From Spirochaetes bacterium ADurb.Bin133 (GTDB lineage: Bacteria; Spirochaetota; GWE2-31-10; MWDO01): a DNA stretch of 64,000 bases. Position 1 is the stretch's first letter. Every line of letters begins with the position of its first letter. Below, piece after piece: positions 29,428 to 40,430 of this stretch. The DNA is taken from the NCBI GenBank assembly GCA_002070605.1, contig MWDO01000002.1:40723-104722 (forward strand). Direction: 5' to 3'. The notes under the pieces were generated by a model, which saw only the letters and a program-made list of their open reading frames with translations, made no database searches and was not told the origin of the DNA. The position numbers and the translations under genes are program-made.

Positions 29428-30516
29428 ATGGAAGCTCTAGGAGAATTTCTTAAAGAAGCTAGAATAAAAGCCAATTTATCGATTATGAACATAGCCGAAG
29501 AGACTCATATAATGAAAAAGTTTATCGAAGCGATCGAAAAAGAAGAGTTTTCGGCGTTCCCCGGAGACGCTTATTTGAAAGGCTTCTTAAGAACTTATTC
29601 GGAATACTTAGGATTAGATAGCGAAGAGATCATAAGAAAATACGAAAGAATCAAAATGGCCGAAACTCCGACCCCTATGGAACAATTAATACCTAAGCCC
29701 AAATATGACTTCAGACCTATAATAGTCGTTATTTTGATAATCTTGACGGCGGTCGGTTTAGTCGTCGGCGGTTTTTTCGGAGTTAGAAAAATTATTAGAG
29801 CCGCTAAGACCAACGACAAAAACAAGATTGAAAAAGTAAAAGATACGACCGCAGTTAAAGAGACTAAAGCGAACGTTTATAAGTTGTCGGAAAAAGAAAA
29901 GTCTCTAAACTCTCTTAAAAAAGGAGATATTATCGAATTTACCATTGACTCAAATGATTACAGAATATCCGTCGCGGAGCTATCGCCTACCGTGATTTTA
30001 AACTACGGATCGGGAATGGAGCTCTTTTTAGTCCACAACTATCAGCATAAATTAGATATGAACGGAGACGAGAGAAACGATATAGAGATTGTTTTAAATC
30101 AATGGGACAAATCCGGAGCCAATATCGCTTTTAAATTATACGATCAAAGCGAATCCACTTTATCAAGTTTGGACGGGAAAAATCTCAGAGGAGAAAATCC
30201 TGAGACAATCGTTACAAGAGATATAATAGAAGAGCTGTCGTTTTCGCTAAATTTCTCCAACGATCAGTTTCTTAGATATCAAATCGACGATAAGGAAGCC
30301 GTTGAAAGTTATTTTAACGCCGGAGCTTCGCTAAATATAAAAGCCGCCAAATACGTTATTCTTTGGTTAACGAACGCCGGAGCCGCCTCGCTGAATTTTT
30401 TTAATTACGGCAAAATCTTTTCCCCGGGCGAATCCGGCAAATGCGAAGTAAAACTTATCAGATGGGAGAAAAATAATCTGGGAGGTTACGACCTACAATC
30501 AAGCTCGTTAAAATAA
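29428..30516 (+). CDS. rodZ: RodZ-like cytoskeleton protein (HTH_XRE + TM + C-terminal DUF4115-like)
   Basis: N-terminal LGEFLKEARIKANLSIMNIAEETHIMKKFIEAIEKEEFSAFPGDAYLKGFLRTYSEYLGLD, classic RodZ; TM near residue 100. Confidence 0.75.
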   Translation: MEALGEFLKEARIKANLSIMNIAEETHIMKKFIEAIEKEEFSAFPGDAYLKGFLRTYSEYLGLDSEEIIRKYERIKMAETPTPMEQLIPKPKYDFRPIIVVILIILTAVGLVVGGFFGVRKIIRAAKTNDKNKIEKVKDTTAVKETKANVYKLSEKEKSLNSLKKGDIIEFTIDSNDYRISVAELSPTVILNYGSGMELFLVHNYQHKLDMNGDERNDIEIVLNQWDKSGANIAFKLYDQSESTLSSLDGKNLRGENPETIVTRDIIEELSFSLNFSNDQFLRYQIDDKEAVESYFNAGASLNIKAAKYVILWLTNAGAASLNFFNYGKIFSPGESGKCEVKLIRWEKNNLGGYDLQSSSLK

Positions 30517-31821
30517 ATGGAAAACATCTATTTAGAAACGCTTGGGTGTAATAAAAATCAGGTAGATTCGGAGAAAATGTTATACGTTCTCGAAACCGCC
30601 GGATATAATATTGTATCGACGCCGGATTTGGCGGATATAATAATCGTTAATACTTGCGCTTTTATAAAATCAGCCAAAGAAGAAGCTATAGAGGTAACGC
30701 TTGATTTATTAAAATTTAAAGAGTCCGGTAAATGTAAAAAACTAGTCGCGGCGGGTTGTCTTGCTCAAAGATATAAAAATGAATTGATCAAAGAAATTCC
30801 TGAAATAGATCTCATTTTTGGAGTAGGCGACGTTTCTACCATAGCCGCCGCTCTTAACTCGCCGGAAAAAGTTTGCGCGCCGCCGTTTTCAAGCAACGTT
30901 ACGATCGGGCGGAAAAACCTGAGTTATCCCGGAAGCGCGTATTTAAAAATAAGCGACGGCTGCTCAAATAGATGTTCTTACTGTTCGATACCAATTATTC
31001 GGGGCGACCTCAGATCGATTGATATCGACTATCTAATAGAGGAGTTAAAGTTTTTACAAAAAGGAAATCTAAAGGAATTAATATTAATTTCGCAAGATAC
31101 TTCCAGCTATGGTAAAGACATATATCGGCAATCTAAACTTGGAGACTTAATAAAAGAGTTGTCCAACTATTTGAACGCGACGGATTGGCTAAGAGTTCTC
31201 TATCTACATCCGGATCGCGTCGATCTTGAACTTCTACATAAACTTAAAGATACGCCAAATTTTATTCCATATTTCGACATACCGTTTCAATCGGGATCGA
31301 ATGCGATTTTGAAAAAAATGAACAGAAAAAGGACGTCCGAAGAGTATATAACGCTCGTTGAGAATATTAGAAAAGTTTTTGATAATCCCGTTATAAGATC
31401 GACTTTCATAGTAGGTTTTCCGGGCGAAAGCGATTCTGATTTTATAGACACTATAAATTTTATAAAACAAATCGAAATAGATTGGATTGGAGCGTTCGCA
31501 TATTCAAGGGAAGAAGATACGATTGCCGGCTCGATGAAAAATCAAATTAAATCGAAAGTAAAAACCGATAGATTAGACCATCTATTATCCGTTTCAGAAG
31601 AAATTTCCCAAAATAAATTAAAACGATTTGTAGGAACTAATCAAAAAATACTTATTGAAGAAAAAGTAGAAAATGAAGAGTTATATATAGGAAGGTTTTG
31701 GGGACAAGCCCCCGAAGTAGACGGATTGGTTGTGATTGAGTCGGATTCCGCTCAAATAGGCGAATTCTGCGCTTGTAAGATCGTTAAACAAAACGGAAAC
31801 GACTTTTTTGGTATAGCGTAA
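30517..31821 (+). CDS. rimO: ribosomal protein S12 methylthiotransferase RimO
   Basis: MTTase N-domain, radical SAM CSNRCSYCSIP, YLKISDGC and LISQDTSSYG closely match E. coli RimO, C-terminal TRAM. Confidence 0.85.
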   Translation: MENIYLETLGCNKNQVDSEKMLYVLETAGYNIVSTPDLADIIIVNTCAFIKSAKEEAIEVTLDLLKFKESGKCKKLVAAGCLAQRYKNELIKEIPEIDLIFGVGDVSTIAAALNSPEKVCAPPFSSNVTIGRKNLSYPGSAYLKISDGCSNRCSYCSIPIIRGDLRSIDIDYLIEELKFLQKGNLKELILISQDTSSYGKDIYRQSKLGDLIKELSNYLNATDWLRVLYLHPDRVDLELLHKLKDTPNFIPYFDIPFQSGSNAILKKMNRKRTSEEYITLVENIRKVFDNPVIRSTFIVGFPGESDSDFIDTINFIKQIEIDWIGAFAYSREEDTIAGSMKNQIKSKVKTDRLDHLLSVSEEISQNKLKRFVGTNQKILIEEKVENEELYIGRFWGQAPEVDGLVVIESDSAQIGEFCACKIVKQNGNDFFGIA

Positions 31822-32051
31822 TTATTAAAAAAATTTGTTTGATATGCGTTAAAAAGTTTGCCATAATTTTAGCGACGATTGTCGATTTATACAAAGATTA
31901 TATTCTTGGGTAATTTACGTTAAAACGATACGTGGAAAAACAAAATGATTTATCTAATTGATACCGGATTACCTTTTTTCTTAATCTTGAAAACAGATAC
32001 GTATTTGATATATCTAGAAAACCGACGGGCGCCTAAAAATTCTTAATTTTC

Positions 32052-32540
32052 TTGACTAAAATGATATATTATTATAAACCATTACATATGGAAGCAAATT
32101 TTGTCGAATCAGAGCTAAATAGAATTGAAAATAGTTACCAAAATCTCAGAAAAAGGAGAGAAAATATTTATCTTATAGTTATAAGTTTGTATTTTATGAT
32201 TCCTTTATTGTCAATGTTTATTTTAAGCAGATTTTATAACGAAGTTTACAACAGACTTTCAACGAGAATAGTTTTGTTTACTTTAACGGCTATCGGCGTA
32301 GTAATACATTTTATTATAAAATTCTATATTAAACAGAAAGGTAAAATTAATCAGACTTTAAGAAATGAAATTGATAGTTTAAAATATAAATACGGCTCGG
32401 ACGATTTTGAAAACATAGTCTTGAAAATTTCTCAAGAAAACTATGAAAACAGAGGGATAGTATTTTCTAAAAACAGCATAAAAAAAGATTTTTTCTGGAA
32501 TATTGTTTTTGAACATTTAAAAATTAGCATTGCCGACTAA
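32052..32540 (+). CDS. hypothetical membrane protein (start uncertain: TTG at 32052 or ATG 32061/32088)
   Basis: two TM helices; no homology recognised. Confidence 0.4.
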   Translation: MTKMIYYYKPLHMEANFVESELNRIENSYQNLRKRRENIYLIVISLYFMIPLLSMFILSRFYNEVYNRLSTRIVLFTLTAIGVVIHFIIKFYIKQKGKINQTLRNEIDSLKYKYGSDDFENIVLKISQENYENRGIVFSKNSIKKDFFWNIVFEHLKISIAD

Positions 32541-32564
32541 ATTAATTAATAGTAAGGAAATATT

Positions 32565-33740
32565 ATGAATATAGCCATTTTTACAGACTGCTACAAACCG
32601 ATAAAAAACGGAGTGGTTACGTCGATTTCTCAATTAAAAGACGGACTAGAAAAACGCGGGCATGAAGTAATTATTATAACCGTAGACGTTCCAAATTATG
32701 AAGAGAAAGATGAAAATATTTTTCGATTGCCTTCGATAAAAGCCGGATTCGGATCGGGAACAGAACAAAGGTTTGGTATTTTCAACCAGGGCGCAATCAA
32801 TAGATTTTTAAAGAAAAAAAATATTCAATTAATCCATACGCATACGGAATTTCCAATAGGATATTGCGGTAAATGGGCGGCTAAGAAATTAAAGATTCCT
32901 CACATACATACGACTCATACAATGTGGGAAGATTATACGCACTATCTGATGAACGGAAAACTAATTTCAAAAAAATTAGCCAGAAAAATATTATCTACAT
33001 ATTTGAAAGGGGTTACTTCGATAATCGCCCCGTCTATAAAAGCAAAAAATTATTATAGTATGTTAGTTCCTCATACGCATATAGAAATTATTCAAAATGG
33101 AATTGACGAACTAAAATTTAAGTCGTCAAATATTACCGATAATGAAATATTGCAACTAAGAAAAGAGTTTGGTTTAAAGAAAAACGATTTAATTTTGATT
33201 TTTGTCGGTAGAATAGGACGGGAAAAAAGAGTTATGGAGTTGCTTATCTCTCTGTCGCCCGTAATAAAAACGGCAAATAACATTAAAATACTGTTTGTCG
33301 GCGACGGTCCTCAATTGGAAGAATTGAAAAAGAAAGCCGTTGAGATGAACCTCGCTAAAGAGGCTATATTTACGGGATTTGTGAATTGGGATATAGTTTA
33401 TAGACTTTATTCAATATCTGACATTTTCGTAACGGCTTCCTTAAGCGAAGTCCATCCGATGACTCTAATAGAAGCTTCTATGTGTAAACTGGCTATAGTC
33501 GCTCGAAAGGACGATAGTTATTTGGATCTTGTTCGCGACGGAGTTAACGGATTTTTAGTAGAAAACGACGAAGAGATAACAAATAAAATAAAAATGCTTA
33601 CAAAAGATAAAGAGTTGCTGAATAGTTTTAAAAGAGAAAGTTTTTTGATTTCGAAACAATTTTCGTCGGAAAATCATGTAGCGAGAGTTGAGAAATTTTA
33701 TCAAAGAGTATTAAAAACTTATCCAAATAAATTAAAATAA
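32565..33740 (+). CDS. GT4 glycosyltransferase, likely 1,2-diacylglycerol 3-glycosyltransferase (alMGS-like glycolipid synthase)
   Basis: N-terminus MNIAIFTDCYKPIKNGVVTSISQLKDGLEKRGHEV resembles Acholeplasma MGS; GT4 EX7E motif VHPMTLIEASMC. Confidence 0.7.
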   Translation: MNIAIFTDCYKPIKNGVVTSISQLKDGLEKRGHEVIIITVDVPNYEEKDENIFRLPSIKAGFGSGTEQRFGIFNQGAINRFLKKKNIQLIHTHTEFPIGYCGKWAAKKLKIPHIHTTHTMWEDYTHYLMNGKLISKKLARKILSTYLKGVTSIIAPSIKAKNYYSMLVPHTHIEIIQNGIDELKFKSSNITDNEILQLRKEFGLKKNDLILIFVGRIGREKRVMELLISLSPVIKTANNIKILFVGDGPQLEELKKKAVEMNLAKEAIFTGFVNWDIVYRLYSISDIFVTASLSEVHPMTLIEASMCKLAIVARKDDSYLDLVRDGVNGFLVENDEEITNKIKMLTKDKELLNSFKRESFLISKQFSSENHVARVEKFYQRVLKTYPNKLK

Positions 33741-33812
33741 TATTTATTTTATGTTATGCGTTAATAATAAACTATTGATTCTAAAAATATTATATATACA
33801 AGGGGAAGTTTT

Positions 33813-35108
33813 ATGAATTATTATAGTACCGAGAAAAATACTCCTCCCGTTAGTTTTGAAGAAGCTCTTTTCATAGGGCTTCCTCCCGATAACGGATTAT
33901 ATATGCCGGAAGAATTTAGAGAGGTCGACAACTCTTTTTATAGCGTCGACAATTTTGTAGATTTATCATATTTGATCGCTAAAACGTTCCTTGATAATTT
34001 AATAAAAGAAGAGGATTTATATAATATAATAAGCGATTGTTATAATTTTCCCGTTCCTCTCATAGAGCTTAAAGATAATATTTTTTCTCTAGAACTTTTT
34101 CACGGTCCTACCGCGGCTTTTAAAGATTTTGGAGCCAGATTTATGTCTAGAATTATGAGTTGCTTCCTAAAAGGACAAAAAAAGAAAATCACAATACTTG
34201 TCGCTACTTCGGGCGATACGGGATCGGCTGTGGCGAACGGATTTTATAAAGTAGATAATATCGACGTTGTGATATTATATCCCAAAGGAAAAGTCTCGTT
34301 ATTACAAGAGAAACAATTAACTACCCTTGGCGAGAATATAACGGCTTTGGAAGTGAACGGTAATTTTGACGATTGCCAAAGAATGGTAAAAGAGGCTTTT
34401 TTAGATCAAGAATTATGCTCTAAAATAAATTTATCTTCGGCAAACTCGATAAATATCGGCAGGCTATATCCGCAATCCTTCTATTACTTTTGGTCGTTTA
34501 ACGTATTATATAGAAAAAAAGGGGTAAAAGAGGTTGTTTTTTGCGTTCCGTCGGGAAACTTTGGCAACCTTACCGCCGGCGTTTTTGCCAAAAAAATGGG
34601 AACGCCTGTAAAGAAATTTATCGCCGGAACGAATATTAACGACGTTGTTCCGGAGTTTTTATATACCGGCGTTTACGCTCCAAGAGCGTCAAAACAGACG
34701 CTTTCTAACGCAATGGACGTTGGCAATCCGTCTAACTTTAAGAGATTAATAGATATTTATAAAACTAAAGAAAATATGGTAAAAGAGATTATAGGTTATA
34801 AAGTTACGGACGCCGAAACTTTAAATACGATTGAGAGAGTATACAAAACAGATAAATATCTATTAGACCCGCACGGCGCCGTTGGATATAAAGCGATAGA
34901 AATGTATAAAAAGGATAATACTGATAATATACCCGTAATATTGCTTGAAACTGCCCATCCGGCAAAATTCAAGGACTCTATAGAAAATAATTTAAAAATT
35001 AATGTCGATATTCCCGAATCGTTAAAAAAATGTCTTAACAAAGATAAAAAATCGATAGAAATTGATAATAAATACGGCGAATTAAAAAATTATCTGACTA
35101 CCAGATAG
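33813..35108 (+). CDS. thrC: threonine synthase
   Basis: PLP-lysine motif FHGPTAAFKDFGA; 431 aa. Confidence 0.88.
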   Translation: MNYYSTEKNTPPVSFEEALFIGLPPDNGLYMPEEFREVDNSFYSVDNFVDLSYLIAKTFLDNLIKEEDLYNIISDCYNFPVPLIELKDNIFSLELFHGPTAAFKDFGARFMSRIMSCFLKGQKKKITILVATSGDTGSAVANGFYKVDNIDVVILYPKGKVSLLQEKQLTTLGENITALEVNGNFDDCQRMVKEAFLDQELCSKINLSSANSINIGRLYPQSFYYFWSFNVLYRKKGVKEVVFCVPSGNFGNLTAGVFAKKMGTPVKKFIAGTNINDVVPEFLYTGVYAPRASKQTLSNAMDVGNPSNFKRLIDIYKTKENMVKEIIGYKVTDAETLNTIERVYKTDKYLLDPHGAVGYKAIEMYKKDNTDNIPVILLETAHPAKFKDSIENNLKINVDIPESLKKCLNKDKKSIEIDNKYGELKNYLTTR

Positions 35109-35109
35109 T

Positions 35110-36387
35110 TTATTTTTTACAAAAAATATTTTCAGAAGCAAATATTTTTAATTCGCCCGGCGACAATTCGAAATCAAGGTTATGTATATATCCCTTGATT
35201 CTGTCCTCCGGCGAATAGTCTTTGATCTTTTCGCTTTTTAAGATATCGTTAAGGTTATTTAAGACTATTTTTTGATTTTTATAAACGTCTTTATTTAATA
35301 TAATCAAAACTTTTTGACTATTCCACTCTTTGATAAAACAAAATACGTTCATCCAATTGGATTGATCGACTATTTGGATAGGGCTCTCTTCCTTTAGAGG
35401 TAATAAAGAGTCTTTAATAGACAGTATTTTTTTGATCTTATCGGAAAAATCAGTTCCGGTATCTTCCCAGTCGGCGGGGGTCGTATCAACGGTATTAATA
35501 GCTTTAAGAAAACCAAATTCAAAACCGGTCGTAATCATAAATCCTTTAGAAAAAATCGCCTCAAAATAAAGTCTTTGTAAAAAGGCGTTTATATTTTTAT
35601 TGACATCGGCCATTAATCTTGGCGTATCATGCGATTCGGGGAAAGATATAGAGGGGGCAATATCTTTCGTTATGTTGTACTGTTCCAAGCACCAAGAATC
35701 GTTAAAATTCCACCATTTTGACGAGTTAAAAATATAATCGAATCCGCAACTAGATAAAGTTTGAATTTGTATCGGAGTGCAACCCAACGTTTCGGCAAGA
35801 AATAAGATATCCGGATACAATTTTTTTAAAGAGGGTATAACAAACGACCAAAATTCGCTAGGAACTTGATACGCGGCGTCGCATCTAAATCCTTTAAAAC
35901 CAAGTTTTAGGTAGTATTTGCATACGTTAAGCAAATAGTCCCATAAATTATCCCTATCTTCGCTTGATTCTAGATTAAACGTAGCTAGATCGCCCCAAGT
36001 AACGTATTGACCGTTTTCCCATGCTCCGGGTCTTTTAACGTCTCCGTTTTCAAGAATATACCAATTTTTATGGTCTTTAATCAAAGGAGAGTCGATGGAA
36101 GTGTGATTAATAACAAGATCCATAAATACGCCGATATTTGATTCGGAACATTTCTTTATAAAAGAGGCTAACTGCTCTTCAGGCGAAGATTTATTCGTAA
36201 AAAAATTTTCATTAAATAGATAATAGTCTTTTGGGGCGTATAAGCTTCCCGAAAAACCCGGATAATGAAACGGATTTATATAAATGGAATTAAAACCCAT
36301 CGCGGCAATTTTTTTAATATTCTTTTCCCACTCTTCCGTATTTTTATATAATTTTGGAAACAAATTATATATATACAAAGATTTCAT
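35110..36387 (-). CDS. GH13 alpha-amylase-family catalytic-domain protein
   Basis: region II GFKGFRCDAA, region IV FPESHD; 425 aa; specificity unknown. Confidence 0.75.
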   Translation of the reverse strand: MKSLYIYNLFPKLYKNTEEWEKNIKKIAAMGFNSIYINPFHYPGFSGSLYAPKDYYLFNENFFTNKSSPEEQLASFIKKCSESNIGVFMDLVINHTSIDSPLIKDHKNWYILENGDVKRPGAWENGQYVTWGDLATFNLESSEDRDNLWDYLLNVCKYYLKLGFKGFRCDAAYQVPSEFWSFVIPSLKKLYPDILFLAETLGCTPIQIQTLSSCGFDYIFNSSKWWNFNDSWCLEQYNITKDIAPSISFPESHDTPRLMADVNKNINAFLQRLYFEAIFSKGFMITTGFEFGFLKAINTVDTTPADWEDTGTDFSDKIKKILSIKDSLLPLKEESPIQIVDQSNWMNVFCFIKEWNSQKVLIILNKDVYKNQKIVLNNLNDILKSEKIKDYSPEDRIKGYIHNLDFELSPGELKIFASENIFCKK

Positions 36388-37343
36388 ACCTTCCCTCCAA
36401 GTAGCGTAACAAGCAAAGCCTTTATTGTATGTAAACGATTTCCAGCCTGTTCAAAAACATACGACTGTTTAGATTCAAAAACCTCTTCGGAAACTTCAAG
36501 ATAGTGGCTCTCTTCTTCGTGAGAAGCCGGAAGACAATGAAGAAAAATGCTATCGGCTAGTCCCGTCTGATCCATAACGAACTTATTGACTTGATAATTC
36601 TTTAAAAGTTTTATCCTTTCATCTATATCCGGAGCGTTTTCCTCTCCCATGCTAACCCAAACGTCGGTATATACTACGTTAGAATTTTTTACCGCCTCTA
36701 AAGGATCTTCGGTTAAATAAAGACCTGCCTTTTTAGATAACAATTTGGCGGAAACAATAAAACTATCGCTAGGCCAAAGCGATTTAGGCGCGGCGACAAA
36801 AATATCGACGTTCATCTTTAGACACCCTACTATCAAACTGCAAGCCACGTTATTTCTAGCGTCTCCAATATAACAAACTTTTAGTCCCTCTAATTTATTG
36901 AATTTTTCTTTTATTGTCATAAGATCCGCAATAATCTGAGTCGGATGCTCTTCGTCCGTTAGTCCGTTTATTACCGGAATACCGGAATACTCTGAAAGTA
37001 TTTTGACAGTCTCCTGTTTATATCCTCGATAAATAATCGAATCAAAAATCTTTCCAAGAACCCGAGCCGTATCTCTTACGGACTCTTTTTTACCCATCTG
37101 TATATCGTTCTTACCCAAAAATTCGGCGTGCCCCCCCTCGTCAAAACATGCGACGCTCGCCGCGCAACGCGTGCGAGTAGAAGTTTTTTCAAACAAAAGC
37201 GCGATATTCTTATTTTTTAACCTATATTTGTATATTCCGTTTTTTTTTTCAGCTTTTAGCTCTATTGAGAGATCTATTAATCGATCAATCTCGTCCTTAC
37301 TTAAATCGTATAAAGATAAAAAACTCTTATTACCTAACTTCAA
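36384..37343 (-). CDS. argF: ornithine carbamoyltransferase
   Basis: STRTR carbamoyl-phosphate motif, HCLP motif; 319 aa. Confidence 0.85.
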   Translation of the reverse strand: MKLGNKSFLSLYDLSKDEIDRLIDLSIELKAEKKNGIYKYRLKNKNIALLFEKTSTRTRCAASVACFDEGGHAEFLGKNDIQMGKKESVRDTARVLGKIFDSIIYRGYKQETVKILSEYSGIPVINGLTDEEHPTQIIADLMTIKEKFNKLEGLKVCYIGDARNNVACSLIVGCLKMNVDIFVAAPKSLWPSDSFIVSAKLLSKKAGLYLTEDPLEAVKNSNVVYTDVWVSMGEENAPDIDERIKLLKNYQVNKFVMDQTGLADSIFLHCLPASHEEESHYLEVSEEVFESKQSYVFEQAGNRLHTIKALLVTLLGGKV

Positions 37344-37582
37344 ATCCTTTCCTTACAACCGTCGATATTGATAAATTACAAAATAAATAATATTTTGTCA
37401 ATATTCAATTAATAAAATCGTAATAGTCGTTATTTATTTAATTTTATAGCCTTCTAAATTAAAGAAAAAGTCAAGAATTTGTCCTACGCGGACGGCGCAA
37501 AGGGCTACCGCCCTTTGACCGGGTAATTAAATTAAACCCGTAGAGATTAAAAAAAATCAAGAGCGTTTTACAATAAATTTAT

Positions 37583-37627
37583 AAAAAAAGAGAAACTTGT
37601 AAAGCCTCAAGTTTCTCTTTTTTTTTG
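37583..37627. terminator. bidirectional rho-independent terminator (htrA 3' end)
   Basis: AGAGAAACTTG-taaagcct-CAAGTTTCTCT with A7 before and T9 after. Confidence 0.75.
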
Positions 37628-37642
37628 TTGTCAAAAATAGAG

Positions 37643-39124
37643 TTACATCATCACAATAAATTCTTTTTTATCTCTATATATAAAGAAATAAGCGCTTTGA
37701 TTCTCGGAAGCTTTCAATATTTTTTCTACCTCTTCGATATTTTTAACAGGCTTATTATTGATTTTCGTAATAACGTCGCCCGCTTGCAGTCCCGCCTCTT
37801 TGGATATTCCGCTTGGATTAACTCTAAGTATCATAACGCCTGAGATGTTTTTATCTATTTTATACTTATTTCTAGCCGTTGCGCTAAGTTCGGCAAGTTC
37901 AAATCCATATTTTTTAAACGCGCTGCCTTTTTCTTCGGGAACGGTCGACGCTATTTGAGTTTCGTCGCGAGCCCCCAAAGTAACGGGAATATTTTTAATC
38001 TCGCCGTTTCTGCTGATTTTAAGTTGGATTTTTGTTCCCGGAAAAAGATTGCCGATAGTTATAACCATATCGCTGGAGGTACGAATTTTTTTACCGTCGA
38101 CTTCCAAAACGACGTCGCCCGCTAAAATGCCGGCTTTTTCCGCCGGGCTGTCGTCGAATACTTGATTAACTAACATTCCGTAAGTAATATTTTTTAGATT
38201 TAAAGTTTTTATACTCTCTTCCGTAAGTTCCTGGAAATATATCCCAAGATATCCATGCTCGACTTTGCCGAACTCGATGATTTGATCCGCCGTTTTTTTG
38301 GCTATGTTTACAGGTATAGCAAAACCAATCCCAATACTGCCGCCGGTTTGAGAATAAATCATATTGTTAATACCTATTACTTCGCCGGAAATATTGATGA
38401 GCGGTCCGCCGGAATTACCCGGATTTATAGCGGCGTCGGTTTGAATAAAACTGGTCAAATTTACCTGATCCGAATTGATATTGCTTCTGCCTATCGCGCT
38501 AATAATGCCAAAAGTCATAGTTCCGTATAGACCGAAAGGGTTTCCTATAGCGATAACGAAGTCGCCTACGGTTATCGTATCCGAATCGCCGAATTTAGCG
38601 ACTTGCAATTCGTCTTTTGTAGTAATTTTAACCACAGAAATATCTACTCTAGGATCGGACCCAAGGATTTTTCCGTCGTAAAATTTCTTCTGATCGACGG
38701 TTATTTTTATCTTATCGGCGCCTTCCGTTACGTGATTGTTAGTGATGATAAAATAGTCTGATCCGTTTTTTTTATAAATAACTCCCGAACCAAGCCCTTC
38801 CTGCTTGAATTCTTTTTCCGGAACGTCGCTCTTTGGACCCCTGTTATTCGGATATCCAAAAAAGAATTCAAAAGGATCGATCATTTTCTGTTTAATTATT
38901 TTTTCGGTCCCGATAAAAACTACCGACGGCGTTTCGTTTTTCGATATGCTGCGCAATCGGCTTTGTAAATCAGAAATATTCTGCATATTTAAATTTGTAA
39001 AAACCGGTTTGGTTGAGTTGGAATTATCGGCGCGATTTGAACCGGAAATGTCCAAATTGCTCTCTTTACAAGATAATAGTAATAGAGGTAAGACGACGAT
39101 AATTAATGCTCTAATACGATTCAT
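37643..39124 (-). CDS. htrA: HtrA/DegP-family serine protease with two PDZ domains (lipobox LLSC)
   Basis: catalytic GNSGGPL; trypsin-like domain followed by 2 PDZ; 493 aa. Confidence 0.9.
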   Translation of the reverse strand: MNRIRALIIVVLPLLLLSCKESNLDISGSNRADNSNSTKPVFTNLNMQNISDLQSRLRSISKNETPSVVFIGTEKIIKQKMIDPFEFFFGYPNNRGPKSDVPEKEFKQEGLGSGVIYKKNGSDYFIITNNHVTEGADKIKITVDQKKFYDGKILGSDPRVDISVVKITTKDELQVAKFGDSDTITVGDFVIAIGNPFGLYGTMTFGIISAIGRSNINSDQVNLTSFIQTDAAINPGNSGGPLINISGEVIGINNMIYSQTGGSIGIGFAIPVNIAKKTADQIIEFGKVEHGYLGIYFQELTEESIKTLNLKNITYGMLVNQVFDDSPAEKAGILAGDVVLEVDGKKIRTSSDMVITIGNLFPGTKIQLKISRNGEIKNIPVTLGARDETQIASTVPEEKGSAFKKYGFELAELSATARNKYKIDKNISGVMILRVNPSGISKEAGLQAGDVITKINNKPVKNIEEVEKILKASENQSAYFFIYRDKKEFIVMM

Positions 39125-39269
39125 AAGTATCTCCTAAATATTAGATTTTGATAAAAGATTTTTGTTTATAATATAATAAAAAATAAATCTAATAAAAGTA
39201 AAATTTATTTATTTTTACCGAATTTAAAATTTAATATAAATTTCTTTACAATATGGAGTTTAAAAAAAT

Positions 39270-39313
39270 TGTTTTATATGCGTCAATTTTCCTCTCCTAA
39301 AAAACCGGCGGGT
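39270..39313. repeat. partial MITE-like repeat copy 8 (core + one arm)
   Basis: TTTATATGCGTCAATTTTCCTCTCCTAAAAAACCGGCGGG matches core plus short-variant arm. Confidence 0.5.
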
Positions 39314-39393
39314 TATTTTTGATTTTCAATATTTTCTTGACTTATTTTCTAAAATATATTTTATTATTTATTCGATTATAAAAGGAATAAAAA

Positions 39394-40416
39394 GTGGCAA
39401 ATAAAACAGACAACATAGTAATTCCGAAAGGATACGATCCGTTATTGAGTATTAAAGAAACGGAAGAAGCGATTAAAGAGATAAAAGATTTTTTTGAAAA
39501 AAGTTTGGCGGAAAGGTTAAATCTTACTCGGGTTTCAGCCCCATTATTCGTTCTACCTGAAACAGGGTTAAACGACAATTTAAACGGAACAGAACGACCG
39601 GTTTCTTTCGACGTAAAAGATATTGACGGTAAATCGGTTGAAATTGTCCAGTCTTTGGCTAAGTGGAAAAGAATGGCTCTAAAAAAATACAATTTCGATA
39701 AAAACGAAGGCATATATGCAGATATGAACGCAATAAGACGCGACGAAGATCTCGATAATCTTCATTCGATTTACGTCGATCAATGGGATTGGGAAAAGAT
39801 TATTTCAAAAGAGGAAAGAAATATAGAAACTTTAAAATCTATAGTAAAAACTATATATAAAGTTTTTAAGGATACCGAAGAATTCCTATCTTCAAAATAT
39901 AAAGCGTTAAAAACTTATCTTCCGGACGAAATATTTTTTATCACTACGCAAGAGTTGGAAAATAGATATCCTAAATTAACTCCTAAAGAGAGAGAGAATG
40001 AAATCGCGAAGAAATTTGGAGCCGTGTTTTTAATGAAAATAGGAGATAAACTTAACTCCGGTATCCGACACGACGGAAGAGCGCCCGATTACGACGATTG
40101 GGAGCTAAACGGCGATATTATATTTTGGTATCCGGTTTTAGAAAAGGCGTTTGAAGTTTCTTCTATGGGTATAAGAGTAGACGAATTTTCTATTGTGAAA
40201 CAATTAGAAAAAGCCAAATGCGAGGAGAGAATACATCTCCCTTTTCATAAAGATATAATAAATCGCGTTTTACCGTACACAATCGGGGGCGGTATAGGTC
40301 AATCTAGAATCTGTATGTTTTTTCTTAATAAAGCTCATATCGGAGAAGTTCAAAGTTCGGTTTGGTCGGAAGAGACCGTCGAATATTGTCATAAAAATAA
40401 TATAAATTTATTATAA
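39394..40416 (+). CDS. asnA: aspartate--ammonia ligase
   Basis: AsnA-type class II synthetase-like fold, 340 aa, GTG start, conserved SAPLFV...QSRICMFFL regions. Confidence 0.88.
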   Translation: MANKTDNIVIPKGYDPLLSIKETEEAIKEIKDFFEKSLAERLNLTRVSAPLFVLPETGLNDNLNGTERPVSFDVKDIDGKSVEIVQSLAKWKRMALKKYNFDKNEGIYADMNAIRRDEDLDNLHSIYVDQWDWEKIISKEERNIETLKSIVKTIYKVFKDTEEFLSSKYKALKTYLPDEIFFITTQELENRYPKLTPKERENEIAKKFGAVFLMKIGDKLNSGIRHDGRAPDYDDWELNGDIIFWYPVLEKAFEVSSMGIRVDEFSIVKQLEKAKCEERIHLPFHKDIINRVLPYTIGGGIGQSRICMFFLNKAHIGEVQSSVWSEETVEYCHKNNINLL

Positions 40417-40430
40417 TCGGAGAAGATAAA

